In this document: one piece after another, positions 46,174-55,434 of the stretch | Layout: each line of letters starts with the position of its first letter | Position numbering within the stretch: position 1 is the stretch's first letter | Origin: Desulfarculaceae bacterium | GTDB taxonomy: Bacteria > Desulfobacterota > Desulfarculia > Desulfarculales > Desulfarculaceae | Length of the DNA stretch: 64,000 nt | Assembly: GCA_021737645.1 (NCBI GenBank) | Contig: JAIPDO010000011.1 | Span: 18,985 to 82,984, forward strand | Direction of reading: 5' to 3' | Notes under the pieces: generated by a model | Told to the model about the DNA's origin: nothing | Seen by the model: the letters and a program-made list of their open reading frames with translations, nothing else | Databases searched by the model: none | Translations under genes and position numbers: made by a program

Positions 46174-47478
46174 ATGAATATCTGCATGGTTGGCGTGGGG
46201 TATGTCGGTCTGGTCACCGGGGCCTGCTTCGCCGAATTCGGCATCAACGTGGTGTGCGTTGACAAGGTCCAGGAAAAGATCGACATGCTCAAGCAGGGCA
46301 AGGTGCCCATCTATGAGCCGGGTCTTGAGGAGATGGTGGCCAAGAACGCCCGCGAGGGCCGCCTTAGCTTCACCACCGACCTGGAAGAGGGCATCAAGCA
46401 GGCCCTGGTAGTTTTCATCGCCGTGGGCACCCCCCAGGGCAATGACGGAGCGGCGGACCTCAAGTACGTGGAGCAGGTGGCCAAGAGCATCGGCCAGACC
46501 ATGACCGAATACAAGGTGGTGGTCACCAAATCCACGGTGCCGGTGGGCACCGGCCAGAAGGTGGCGGCCATCATCAAGGCCAACCAAAAGACCCCGGTGG
46601 ATTTCGACGTGGTGAGCAACCCGGAATTCCTGCGCGAAGGCTCGGCCATAGAGGACTTCATGCGCCCCAACCGGGTGGTGGTGGGCACGGGCAGCGAGCG
46701 GGCCCAGGCAGTGATGCGCGACCTCTACGCCCCCCTGTACCTCATTGAAACCCCCTTCGTGCTCACCAACGTGGAAACCGCGGAGATGATCAAGTACGCC
46801 TCCAACGCCTTTTTGGCCACCAAGATCAGCTTCATCAACGAGATGGCCAATATCTGCGAAAAGGTGGGGGCGGACGTCAACCAGGTGGCCAAGGGCATGG
46901 GCCTGGACCGGCGCATCGGGCCAAAGTTTTTGCACGCCGGGCCCGGCTACGGCGGCTCCTGCTTCCCCAAGGACACCGAGGCCATCGCCCACATCGCCAA
47001 GGACTGCGAGTACCGTTTCCGCATCGTGGAGGCGGTTATCGAGGTGAACCGCAGCCAGCGTGAACGCATGGCCGATAAGATAGCCCAAGCTCTGGGCGGC
47101 CGGACCGATGGCAAGGTGGTGGCCTGCCTGGGGCTGACCTTCAAGCCCAACACCGACGACATGCGCGAGTCGCCCAGCCTGGTGATCCTGCCCGCCATCA
47201 TGAAACAAGGAGCCACGGTCAGGGCCTACGACCCAGCGGGCATGGCCGAGGCCATGGAGACGATGCCCGCCCTGGTAGCCTGCGACAACGCCTATCACGC
47301 CGCCGAAGGGGCCGACTGCCTGGTGATCATGACCGAGTGGAATCAATTCCGCAATCTCGACTGGGCGCGTCTCAAGGAAGTGATGCGCGGCGAGGTGGTG
47401 GTGGACCTGCGCAACGTGTATCCGCCCGAGCGGGTGCGCCAGGCCGGTTTCACCTATATAAGCGTGGGGCGCCCCTAG
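46174..47478 (+). CDS. ugd: UDP-glucose 6-dehydrogenase
   Basis: MNICMVGVGYVGLVTGACFAEFG, catalytic GGSCFPKD, 434 aa. Confidence 0.9.
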   Translation: MNICMVGVGYVGLVTGACFAEFGINVVCVDKVQEKIDMLKQGKVPIYEPGLEEMVAKNAREGRLSFTTDLEEGIKQALVVFIAVGTPQGNDGAADLKYVEQVAKSIGQTMTEYKVVVTKSTVPVGTGQKVAAIIKANQKTPVDFDVVSNPEFLREGSAIEDFMRPNRVVVGTGSERAQAVMRDLYAPLYLIETPFVLTNVETAEMIKYASNAFLATKISFINEMANICEKVGADVNQVAKGMGLDRRIGPKFLHAGPGYGGSCFPKDTEAIAHIAKDCEYRFRIVEAVIEVNRSQRERMADKIAQALGGRTDGKVVACLGLTFKPNTDDMRESPSLVILPAIMKQGATVRAYDPAGMAEAMETMPALVACDNAYHAAEGADCLVIMTEWNQFRNLDWARLKEVMRGEVVVDLRNVYPPERVRQAGFTYISVGRP

Positions 47479-47486
47479 GCGGGGCC

Positions 47487-48029
47487 ATGGGAGCCGCTCC
47501 CCGGCCCGCCCGGCTGGTGGTGAGCCTGCTGGCCGGGCCGGAAGAACCTCGTGCCCAGGCCCTGAGACGCCTGGCCTCGCTTCTGGGTAGGGTGGTATTC
47601 TACTCGGAGGCAATGCCCTTCACCGACAGCGGCTACTACACCCCGGAGATGGGCCCCGGCCTTACCCGGAGGCTGGCCGCTTTGGAAAGCCTTCGGCTAC
47701 CCGGCGAGCTGGCCGAGATCAAGCGCCAGTGCGGGAAGATCGAGGGCGAGCTTTCTTATCAAGGGCGCCGCCGGGTCAACCTGGACCCCGGCCTGTTGGA
47801 CCGGGACAGCCTGGTCCTGGCCACCCACAAATTCGCGGGGCACCGACTGGAGCTGGAGCCGGGCATCTACGGCGAAGTGACCCTTTATTATCAGGGCGGC
47901 GGCTACCAGGCCCTGCCCTGGACCTACCCCGACTACAGCGGGGAGGACATGCGCGACCTGCTGGGCTTTTTGCGCGGCCGCCTCTTGTGGCAGGGCAAGC
48001 AAGCGCAGGCGCGAGGAGAAGTTCTTTGA
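47487..48029 (+). CDS. DUF4416-family protein
   Basis: FTDSGYYTPEMGPGLTRRL..., RRRVNLDPGLLDRDSLVLATHKFAGHRLEL and PWTYPDY match my recollection of DUF4416. Start at ATG 47487. Confidence 0.6.
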   Translation: MGAAPRPARLVVSLLAGPEEPRAQALRRLASLLGRVVFYSEAMPFTDSGYYTPEMGPGLTRRLAALESLRLPGELAEIKRQCGKIEGELSYQGRRRVNLDPGLLDRDSLVLATHKFAGHRLELEPGIYGEVTLYYQGGGYQALPWTYPDYSGEDMRDLLGFLRGRLLWQGKQAQARGEVL

Positions 48030-48904
48030 TCAAGTCCATGACCGGCTACGGCCGGGGTCAAAACGCCGTCGGCGAAGGCGCCTGGGTGGCGGAGCTAAAG
48101 ACGGTTAACTCGCGCTACCTGGATTTCCACCTGCGCCTGCCCTCGGGGCTCACCGCCCTGGAAGAGCGCATCAAAAAATTCGTGGGCGCGCGCCTCACCC
48201 GAGGCAGGGTCAGCCTAAGCGTGGCGGCCAGCGGCGCGGTGGAGGCATCACCCCGTCTGGTGCTCAACCGCCCCCTGGTGCGCGAATACCGCCGGGTGCT
48301 GGCCGAGCTGCAACAAGAGCTGGGCACCACCCAGGAGCCGGGCATCATGCCTTTTTTGCACAACCGCGACCTGATCCTGAGCCAGGAGGAAGGCCCGGAC
48401 CCCGAGGCCCTGTGGTCCCAGCTGGAGCCAGCCATGGCCCAGGCCCTGGATGAGCTGGAAGCCATGCGCGCCGCCGAGGGGCAGGCCCTTTCCGAGGACC
48501 TGAGCGCTCGCCTGGAGGTGGTGGGGCAGCTGTTCAGCGAAGCGGCGGCCCGCTCTCCCCAGGTGGTGGCCGGGTACCAGGAGCGCCTGCGTGAGCGCAT
48601 CGCTTTCCTAACCGGCGACACCGAGCCCGACCCCCAGCGCCTGGCCATGGAGGTGGCGGTCATCGCCGACAAGGCGGACATCACCGAGGAGGCGGTGCGC
48701 GCGGCCAGCCATTTGGAGCAGTTCCGGCAGTTCCTGGGCAGCCCCGAGCCGGTGGGGCGCAAGCTTGACTTCCTGATGCAGGAGCTCAACCGGGAAGCCA
48801 ACACCATGGGTTCCAAGACTCCGGACGCCGAGGCGGGCCAGACCATCGTGGAGCTAAAGGCCGAGCTGGAGCGCATCCGAGAGCAGATCCAGAACGTAGA
48901 GTAG
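48026..48904 (+). CDS. yicC: YicC-family stress-induced protein
   Basis: (M)[10 protein letters not shown]...[12 protein letters not shown]-terminus and C-terminal [21 protein letters not shown]. The TTG start overlaps the upstream stop. Confidence 0.85.
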   Translation: MIKSMTGYGRGQNAVGEGAWVAELKTVNSRYLDFHLRLPSGLTALEERIKKFVGARLTRGRVSLSVAASGAVEASPRLVLNRPLVREYRRVLAELQQELGTTQEPGIMPFLHNRDLILSQEEGPDPEALWSQLEPAMAQALDELEAMRAAEGQALSEDLSARLEVVGQLFSEAAARSPQVVAGYQERLRERIAFLTGDTEPDPQRLAMEVAVIADKADITEEAVRAASHLEQFRQFLGSPEPVGRKLDFLMQELNREANTMGSKTPDAEAGQTIVELKAELERIREQIQNVE

Positions 48905-48918
48905 GGCGGGAGGCGCTG

Positions 48919-49206
48919 ATGGCCGGCAAGTTGATGAGCTTGGGGTTTGGCAACACCGTGGCCGCCCGCCGGGTGGTGGCCATACTCAACCCCGCCGGAG
49001 CGCCCATGAAGCGCCTGCGCGAGGAGGCCCGCCAGGCGGGACGCCTGCTGGACGCCACCCAGGGGCGGCGCACCCGCAGCATAGTAATCACCGACTCGGG
49101 GCATGTGCTGCTCTCGGCCATTCAGCCGGACACCATGGGACAGCGCTACGAGTCCACCAGCTTTGAGGACACACCATTGATGTTGAGCGAGGAGGAGTCC
49201 GCATGA
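48919..49206 (+). CDS. DUF370 (RemA-like) protein
   Basis: [65 protein letters not shown] matches the RemA/YlzA pattern. Confidence 0.8.
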   Translation: MAGKLMSLGFGNTVAARRVVAILNPAGAPMKRLREEARQAGRLLDATQGRRTRSIVITDSGHVLLSAIQPDTMGQRYESTSFEDTPLMLSEEESA

Positions 49207-49811
49207 GCGGCGTGGGTCAGATTTTTGTGTTGTCGGGGCCGCCGGGGGCGGGCAAGAGCACCATCGCCGCCCGGGTACGGGAAGACATGCCCGACCTGGC
49301 CTATTCGGTTAGCCTGACCACCCGCGCGCCCCGGCCCGGTGAAACCGATGGGGTGGATTATCACTTCGTCACCCGCGAGGGTTTTCAGCAGCGCATCCAG
49401 GCCGGGGAAATGGCCGAGTACGAAGAAATCTTCGGCAACCTCTACGGCACCTCGGAAAAGATAGTGCGCCGGGCCCTGGACCAGGGCCGGGACCTTTTCC
49501 TGGATACCGACGTAAACGGAGCCGAGCAGCTCCAGAAGCGTTTTAACGATGGGGTGTTCATCTTTTTGCTGCCCCCCAGCCGCAAGGTTTTGGAAGAGCG
49601 CTTGCGCGGGCGGGCCACCGAAGACGAAGACCAAGTGCGCCAGCGTTTGGAGCGGGTGCGCTACGAATTGACCAAGGCCGAGAACTACACCCACCTGGTG
49701 GTCAACCACGACCTGGACAAGGCCGTGGCCGAGGTGGAGGCCATCATCACCGCCAGCCGCCGCCGCACCGAGCGGCACCTAAAGCTGCTGGAAGAATTCC
49801 AGGCGTCCTAA
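49203..49811 (+). CDS. gmk: guanylate kinase
   Basis: P-loop [29 protein letters not shown]. Confidence 0.9.
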   Translation: MSGVGQIFVLSGPPGAGKSTIAARVREDMPDLAYSVSLTTRAPRPGETDGVDYHFVTREGFQQRIQAGEMAEYEEIFGNLYGTSEKIVRRALDQGRDLFLDTDVNGAEQLQKRFNDGVFIFLLPPSRKVLEERLRGRATEDEDQVRQRLERVRYELTKAENYTHLVVNHDLDKAVAEVEAIITASRRRTERHLKLLEEFQAS

Positions 49812-49812
49812 A

Positions 49813-50571
49813 TTGGCAAACGAAGAAAATAGCGTGATCGTGGGCCGCCACGCCGTGGCCCAGGCCCTGGCCGAGCAGCCCAGGGCGGCCAATGAGCTGC
49901 TTTTGGCCGCCAACGAAAAGGGCCCGGCCCTGACCCGCCTGGCCGAGGCTGCCCGCGCCGCCGGGCTCAAGGTGCGCCGGGCGCCTCGGGCGCGGCTAAA
50001 CGAGTTGGCCGGAGGCGCGGCCCACCAGGGGGTGGCCCTGATGATGGCCGCCTTTCCCTATGCCGAGTTGGACCGGATCATCGACGCGGCCCAGGCCGCC
50101 GGGGAGCGAGCCCTGGTGGTCATCGCCGACCACATCCAGGACCCGCACAACCTGGGGGCCATCCTGCGTAGCGCCGCCGCCGCCGGGGCCCAGGGGTTGG
50201 TGATGCCCAAGGACCGGGCCTGCCCCCTTACTCCGGCCGCGATCAAGGCCGCCGCCGGGGCCGCCTCCCTGGTGCCGGTGGCCCGGGTCACCAACCTCAG
50301 CGCCGCCGCTCAGGAACTCAAGGACGCGGGCCTGTGGCTTTTGGCTGCGGCCACCCGCCAGGCCCCCGCTCCCTGGGAGCATGACCTGGTGCGGCCCCTG
50401 GCCCTGGTGGTGGGCGGGGAGCACAAGGGCGTGGGACCACGCCTCATGTCCCTGTGCGACATGAGCGCCAGCCTGCCCCTGGCCGAGGGAGTGGAGAGCC
50501 TCAACGCCTCGGTGGCCGCCGGAGCCTTGTTGTTCGAGATAGTGCGCCAACGCCAGAGCGGCCGGGCCTGA
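49813..50571 (+). CDS. rlmB: TrmH-family 23S rRNA (guanosine-2'-O)-methyltransferase
   Basis: DHIQDPHNLGAILRSAAAAG, LVVGGEHKGV and ESLNASVAAGALLFE SpoU motifs. TTG start tentative. Confidence 0.8.
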   Translation: MANEENSVIVGRHAVAQALAEQPRAANELLLAANEKGPALTRLAEAARAAGLKVRRAPRARLNELAGGAAHQGVALMMAAFPYAELDRIIDAAQAAGERALVVIADHIQDPHNLGAILRSAAAAGAQGLVMPKDRACPLTPAAIKAAAGAASLVPVARVTNLSAAAQELKDAGLWLLAAATRQAPAPWEHDLVRPLALVVGGEHKGVGPRLMSLCDMSASLPLAEGVESLNASVAAGALLFEIVRQRQSGRA

Positions 50572-50619
50572 GCCCAGCCGCCGCGTGGCCAGCAGCGAAA
50601 ACGCCGCTTCTAAATTTTC

Positions 50620-51309
50620 CTAGGAATAATCGCGTTCGCCGAAAATGGCCGTGCCCACCCTGACCAGAGTGGCCCCTTCGGCTATGGCCGCCTCGTAGTC
50701 GCCGCTCATACCCATGGACAAATGGCGCATGGCCCCCTGGGGCAGATCGCGGCCCAGCTTTTCGGCCAAGCGGCGTAGCTCGGCGAAAACCGGGCGGGCC
50801 CGTTCGGGGTCGCCGAAAAAGGGCGGCATGGTCATGAGGCCGCTCAGCTCCAGGTGTTTTAAGGACGCGACTTCCTGGGCCAGGGCTTGAGCATCGTCGG
50901 GCGCGCAGCCGGATTTCTGGGCCTCGCCGCCCACGTTGACCTGTAACAGCACGCCCAAACGGCGGCCCAGTTCACCGGCCCGGCGGTCCAGGGCCTTGGC
51001 CAGCTTGATCCGGTCCACGCTTTGAATAACGTCGAACAGCTCCGCCGCCACCTTGGCCTTGTTGCTCTGCAAGTGGCCGATGAAATGCCAAGAGGGGCCG
51101 GGGCCCACCGCCGCTATCTTGTCCTGGGCCTCTTGTACGTAGTTCTCGCCGAAGAGGATCTGCCCGGCGGCCAGGGCGGCTCTCACCGCCTCGGGGCCGT
51201 GCATTTTGCTCACCGCCACCAGGCGCACCTGTTCGGGTTTGCGGCCGGAGGCTCTGGCCGCCTGGGCTATGCGGGAGGTGACCAGGGCCAGGTTCGCGGC
51301 GAGGCTCAT
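50620..51309 (-). CDS. yggS: YggS-family pyridoxal-phosphate homeostasis protein
   Basis: VRLVAVSKMHG (PLP lysine), WHFIGHLQSNK, LSMGMSGDYEAAI. Confidence 0.9.
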   Translation of the reverse strand: MSLAANLALVTSRIAQAARASGRKPEQVRLVAVSKMHGPEAVRAALAAGQILFGENYVQEAQDKIAAVGPGPSWHFIGHLQSNKAKVAAELFDVIQSVDRIKLAKALDRRAGELGRRLGVLLQVNVGGEAQKSGCAPDDAQALAQEVASLKHLELSGLMTMPPFFGDPERARPVFAELRRLAEKLGRDLPQGAMRHLSMGMSGDYEAAIAEGATLVRVGTAIFGERDYS

Positions 51310-51905
51310 GCCCCATCCCCCTGGGGCTCGATGAGCCCTTGTTCCAGGAGCAGCTCTATGACCGCGGCCAGGGGCAGGCCCACCACGTTGGTGTAGGAGC
51401 CGGTCACTTCCTTGACCAAAGCCCCGCCCAGGCCTTGCACCGCATAGGCCCCGGCTTTGTCCATGGCTTCGCCGGTGGCCACGTAGGCGGCTATCTCCGC
51501 ATCGCTAAGCTCCCGGAAAGTGACCAGGCTGCGGCCCAGGCCCACCTTTTGCCACGATTCGTTAAGCAGGCAATAGCCGGTGAGAACCTCGTGCTGGGCT
51601 CCGGAGAGCTTGCGTAACATACCGGCCGCTTCTTCGGCGTCTCGGGGCTTGCCCATTATTTCGTCGCCAAGCACCACCAGGGTGTCGGCGGCCAGAACCG
51701 TGTCGTTGGGAGCGACCCGCACCGCCGCCGCCTTGGCCGAAGCCAGGCGCCCCGCCGCCTGGGCGGCACTTTCGCCAGGAAGCAGGTTTTCATCTATATG
51801 GGCAGGGGCCAGTCGGAAGTACAGCCCCAAGTGGGTGAGCATTTCCCGGCGGCGCGGCGAGGCCGAGGCCAGCACCAGGCCGCTTCCCGGAGTGAGGCGA
51901 TACAA
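51306..51905 (-). CDS. maf: Maf-family nucleoside triphosphate pyrophosphatase
   Basis: LVLASASPRRREML, DTLVVLGDEIMGKP, GAYAVQG. Confidence 0.9.
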   Translation of the reverse strand: MYRLTPGSGLVLASASPRRREMLTHLGLYFRLAPAHIDENLLPGESAAQAAGRLASAKAAAVRVAPNDTVLAADTLVVLGDEIMGKPRDAEEAAGMLRKLSGAQHEVLTGYCLLNESWQKVGLGRSLVTFRELSDAEIAAYVATGEAMDKAGAYAVQGLGGALVKEVTGSYTNVVGLPLAAVIELLLEQGLIEPQGDGA

Positions 51906-51907
51906 AC

Positions 51908-52681
51908 CTAGTCCTCCATGTAGGGCAGGCTGAACAGGCGGCGCGCATTGTCAGCGGTCACCGAGGCCACCTCCTCGGGGGTGATCCCCAAGGCCTTGGC
52001 CAGAGCCTGGTGTGTGTGATTTACATAAGCCGGCTCGTTGGGCTTGCCGCGATAAGGCTCGGGGCTAAGATAGGGGCAGTCAGTCTCGATGAGCAGTTTG
52101 GTCAGCGGCACTTTTTTTACCAGGGCGCGCAGTTGGTTTGACTTTTTGTAGGTGATCACCCCGGTGATGCCCAGGCTGAATCCCAGGGAAACCAGCTCCC
52201 CGGCCAGAGCGGCATCGCCGCTGAAGCAGTGCACCACCCCGCCCACCCGCTCGGCTCCGCTTTTGGCCAGCATGTTCAAAACGTCGTCGTGGGCCTCTCG
52301 GTCGTGCACCACCAGGGGCATGCCCAGGTCCAGGGCCAGCTCTATCTGGGCGGCAAATGCATCGCGTTGCAGGTGGCGGGGCGAGAGGTCGCGATAATAG
52401 TCCAGGCCGCATTCGCCCACGGCCACCGCCGAGACGGTCAGCGCCAAGAGCTTGAGTTCGGCCCAAAGGTCGGGGGCTACCTTGGCCACTTCGTGGGGAT
52501 GCAGCCCCACGGTGCAGAAGACGCCCAGCAGGTCCCGGCTGAAGTCGGCGGCGCGGCGGGAAGATTCAAGGTCGATGCCCACAGTGATTATCTGACCCAC
52601 CCCGGCCTCTTTGGCGCGGCCAAAGGCCGCCAGGGGATCGTCGAGCAAATCCAGGTGGGCGTGTGTATCAACAAGTTTCAT
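51908..52681 (-). CDS. tatD: TatD-family metal-dependent hydrolase
   Basis: MKLVDTHAHLD, GECGLDYY, LETDCPYL. Start moved to ATG 52681. Confidence 0.9.
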   Translation of the reverse strand: MKLVDTHAHLDLLDDPLAAFGRAKEAGVGQIITVGIDLESSRRAADFSRDLLGVFCTVGLHPHEVAKVAPDLWAELKLLALTVSAVAVGECGLDYYRDLSPRHLQRDAFAAQIELALDLGMPLVVHDREAHDDVLNMLAKSGAERVGGVVHCFSGDAALAGELVSLGFSLGITGVITYKKSNQLRALVKKVPLTKLLIETDCPYLSPEPYRGKPNEPAYVNHTHQALAKALGITPEEVASVTADNARRLFSLPYMED

Positions 52682-53210
52682 TAGGTTGGTTCCTTGCCAA
52701 GGTCCCATCGGCAACCAGACGGGCCAGGTCTTCCGCTGAGACGCGGGCCGGTGAGCGAAGTCCTTGGCTAACATAAAGCCGTGGAGATAAAGCACCGGGT
52801 TGGGCCAAATCCAGGTGCACCCAACTCCGAAAATAATTATACAGGATGATCTGATTGCAGGGCAGATGGGAAGCGGCCCACAGAGCCAAGTGGGGGCAGG
52901 TCGCTTCCGGGGCCAGCGGCCTTAGGTCCGTCGCCTCGCCCCGGCAGTGGCGGCTGGTGCGATCCAGGGACACGTACCAGTTCAACTCCGGCGAGCGATA
53001 GCCGCTGGTCACCTTGATGGGCCCGAAGCGCCCACGCAGGGGCTCCAGCACCAGGCGGGCCAGCTCGCCCAAGCGCTCCAGGGCGGCGGGGGAAGGGGAG
53101 TTGTCCAGGCCGTAGGTTTGGGCGGTGTCGGAGCGGATAAGCTCGTCCAGGGTGAAGTGCGGCGCGCCGGGCAGGGGCTGGTGCTGGGGCAAGGGACCCC
53201 CGAGGCTCAT
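52668..53210 (-). CDS. peptidase M15-family (D-Ala-D-Ala carboxypeptidase/endolysin-like) zinc hydrolase
   Basis: SGYRSPELN...SRHCRGEATDL...WVHLDL gives an H-x6-D...H zinc-ligand pattern. 180 aa. Confidence 0.6.
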   Translation of the reverse strand: MSLGGPLPQHQPLPGAPHFTLDELIRSDTAQTYGLDNSPSPAALERLGELARLVLEPLRGRFGPIKVTSGYRSPELNWYVSLDRTSRHCRGEATDLRPLAPEATCPHLALWAASHLPCNQIILYNYFRSWVHLDLAQPGALSPRLYVSQGLRSPARVSAEDLARLVADGTLARNQPNETC

Positions 53211-53995
53211 GGCGCGAACTCGCCGGGCGCGAAGATGTCCTGACCCTCAAACACATTCAGCAAGCGGACCAGGCGCATCAGTTCGGGGTTTAGCGCGTCC
53301 ATCATAACCACCTCGAGCCCCGCCCCGAAAGCGGCGGACAGGTAGGGCGCGGCCGCGAACTCCGAACGCGCTCCGGCGCTGGCGGTAACCAGGTTGCTGA
53401 GCGCGATTAGCCGCCGGGGCGGCGGATCAAACACCTGGGGCAGGGCGCGCAGGGTGGACAGCACCGCCTGGGCGTGGGCCTCGCCGCCGGGCAGGGCCAG
53501 AGGCATGGCCATGGGGTCGATTATCAACCGGCCGCCGGTGATGCCCCGTGCGTCCGCCTCCTGCACGATGGAGGCGGCCAGGGCCAGACGCTCCTCTGCG
53601 CTGGGGGGCACGGTGGCGGTCATGGTGGCGGCGATCACCTCCAGGCCGTGATGGGCGGCGATGTCCAGCACCGGGCCCAGGCGGCTTTCCTCGGCGGTGG
53701 CCATGTTCAAGACCGGCGGTCGGGTGCAAAAGCCCAGGGCCATCTCCAGGGAGGCGGGGTCGGCCGCGTCCAGAATCAGCTTGGCCGAGCAGGAAGCCTC
53801 GGCGGCTTTAACCAGCCAGGCCCAGGTTCCTTCGCGCCGGGAGAGGGGCAGATAGCCTGGGTTGAGATCGATCCAGGCAGCCCCGGCCTGCTCCAGGCTT
53901 TGGCAGAGGCTTTGAACAAAAGCCTCGTCGCGCGCCTCCACGGCGCGGCGCACCGAGGGGCGGGAGGTCGTCAGGTTGTCGGCGGCTACGATCAT
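53207..53995 (-). CDS. pterin-binding (dihydropteroate synthase / methyl-H4folate methyltransferase-like) TIM-barrel protein
   Basis: MIVAADNLTTSRP..., AAWIDLNPGY, PVLNMAT and IIDPMAMPL resemble DHPS-like pterin-binding domains. Start moved to ATG 53995. Confidence 0.5.
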   Translation of the reverse strand: MIVAADNLTTSRPSVRRAVEARDEAFVQSLCQSLEQAGAAWIDLNPGYLPLSRREGTWAWLVKAAEASCSAKLILDAADPASLEMALGFCTRPPVLNMATAEESRLGPVLDIAAHHGLEVIAATMTATVPPSAEERLALAASIVQEADARGITGGRLIIDPMAMPLALPGGEAHAQAVLSTLRALPQVFDPPPRRLIALSNLVTASAGARSEFAAAPYLSAAFGAGLEVVMMDALNPELMRLVRLLNVFEGQDIFAPGEFAP

Positions 53996-54059
53996 GTCGG
54001 CAAGTCTAGTATGCCCTGGGGTGCCTGGCAAGGGAGGTGCTTCCCGCATTAGCCACCGC

Positions 54060-54088
54060 TTGACACCCGGCGGTTGGGGCGCTTCAAT
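54060..54088 (+). promoter_or_regulatory. candidate sigma70 promoter for the HD/dGTPase-like gene
   Basis: TTGACA (54060-54065), 17-nt spacer, TTCAAT (54083-54088). Confidence 0.4.
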
Positions 54089-54120
54089 GGAGCCAGTCCG
54101 TTTAATGAGGAGCACTCCCC

Positions 54121-55311
54121 TTGCAGGATCATCTGCTGGCTAATTTGCGCCGCCGCCTTCAGGATGAGGAGGGACACAGGCTATCGCCTTTGGCCTGCCC
54201 CAGCCAAGACGCCGTGCGCCGCCGCCCTGACCCCATGGCCGAGCAGGGCCATCGCTTGCCTTTTGCGGTGGACGCCGACCGTGTGCTGCATTCGCTGGCC
54301 TACACACGCTACATAGACAAGACCCAGGTGTTCTCGCTGGTGGACAACGACCAGATTTCCCACCGGGTGCTGCACGTGCAGCTGGTAAGCAAGATCGCCC
54401 GGGGCCTGGGCCGCCTTCTGGGGCTCAACGAAGACCTCATCGAGGCCATAGCTCTGGCCCACGACCTGGGGCATCCGCCCTTCGGCCACGATGGAGAAGC
54501 CTTCCTGAGCAAAAAATGCGTGGAGCACGGGTTGGGGCCGTTCATGCACAACATGCAGTCGGTGCGTTTTTTGGAGCGCCTGGAAAGGGGAGGGCGAGGG
54601 CTTAACCTGAGTCTGCAAGTGCTGGACGGGGTCTTGACCCACGACGGGGAGATGCACACCGTGCGCCTGTCGCCCCGGCGGGGCAAGGACTTCGCCGCCA
54701 TGGACGCCGAGATGACCGCCAAGCTGGCCGACCCATCTCTGGAGTTGGTACCCATGACCATGGAGGGCTGCTTGGTGCGGGTGGCCGACACCATCGCCTA
54801 CGTTGGCCGCGATCTGGAAGACGCTATCCTGCTGGGGCTGGTCAGCCGGGACATGGTGCCGGAGCAGGTGCGCCGGGTCTTGGGGGAGAGCAACGGCACC
54901 ATCGTTTACCGCCTGGTGGAAGATCTCACCGCCAACTCCCTGGATCAAGAGCATATTTCCTTCAGCTCGCCGATATCCCAAGCCCTTGGGGCGCTCAAAG
55001 AGTTCAACCTGAGGCACATCTACACCAATCCCGCCATCAAGACCGAGCACCCTAAGATCGCCGCCGCCTTTGACCTGTTGTTCGAGACCTATCTGGAAGA
55101 CCTGCGCGGGGAGCGCTTCGACAGCCCGGTGTACCAAGACTTTTTGGACCGCCTGGACCAAAATTACAAAAATGAAACCTCCCCGGCGGAGGTGGTACGC
55201 GATTTTTTGGCGGCCATGACCGACGAATTTTTCCTGAAACGCCACCGTGAGCTGGCGATCCCCCGGCGACTTCCCGGGAGGCTAAATATGGCTCATTGCA
55301 TAAAAAACTGA
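54121..55311 (+). CDS. HD-domain deoxyguanosinetriphosphate triphosphohydrolase-like protein
   Basis: FAVDADRVLHSLAYTRYIDKTQVF, HRVLHVQLV, ALAHDLGHPPFGH. TTG start with GAGGAG upstream. Confidence 0.8.
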   Translation: MQDHLLANLRRRLQDEEGHRLSPLACPSQDAVRRRPDPMAEQGHRLPFAVDADRVLHSLAYTRYIDKTQVFSLVDNDQISHRVLHVQLVSKIARGLGRLLGLNEDLIEAIALAHDLGHPPFGHDGEAFLSKKCVEHGLGPFMHNMQSVRFLERLERGGRGLNLSLQVLDGVLTHDGEMHTVRLSPRRGKDFAAMDAEMTAKLADPSLELVPMTMEGCLVRVADTIAYVGRDLEDAILLGLVSRDMVPEQVRRVLGESNGTIVYRLVEDLTANSLDQEHISFSSPISQALGALKEFNLRHIYTNPAIKTEHPKIAAAFDLLFETYLEDLRGERFDSPVYQDFLDRLDQNYKNETSPAEVVRDFLAAMTDEFFLKRHRELAIPRRLPGRLNMAHCIKN

Positions 55312-55346
55312 GCGCTCAGTCGGGATAATGAGAATCCGTTCAGTCG

Positions 55347-55372
55347 GTATTTGAAAGACATTTCACAAATAC
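55347..55372. promoter_or_regulatory. A/T-rich inverted repeat (candidate operator) upstream of the ABC/ligase operon
   Basis: GTATTTG-N12-CAAATAC, with inner TGAAA..TTTCA. Flanked by repeated ACTGAG/CTCAGT hexamers, including the 14-nt perfect palindrome ACTGAGCGCTCAGT at 55307-55320. Confidence 0.35.
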
Positions 55373-55404
55373 TGAGATAACAAGCATTTTTCGGATTTTT
55401 GGGG

Positions 55405-55434
55405 TTGAATCCTGGGGCTCCGATGTCATATGAT
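55405..55434 (+). promoter_or_regulatory. candidate sigma70 promoter for the ABC/ligase operon
   Basis: TTGAAT (55405-55410), 18-nt spacer, TATGAT (55429-55434), with T-tracts upstream. This would leave a leader of about 140 nt. Confidence 0.4.

Noticed and set aside
45826-47613. 595-aa minus-strand ORF spanning the O-antigen ligase 3' end and all of ugd.
   Set aside because: It is antisense to an unmistakable ugd. There is no RBS or motif support, and the sequence is low complexity.
54026-54041. Sigma54-like TGGCA-N7-TGC element upstream of the HD/dGTPase-like gene.
   Set aside because: The GG/GC spacing fits, but the -12 region (GTGCT) is weak. No enhancer-binding protein is in context, and a better sigma70 TTGACA-17-TTCAAT match lies 20 nt downstream. 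It is probably a chance match.
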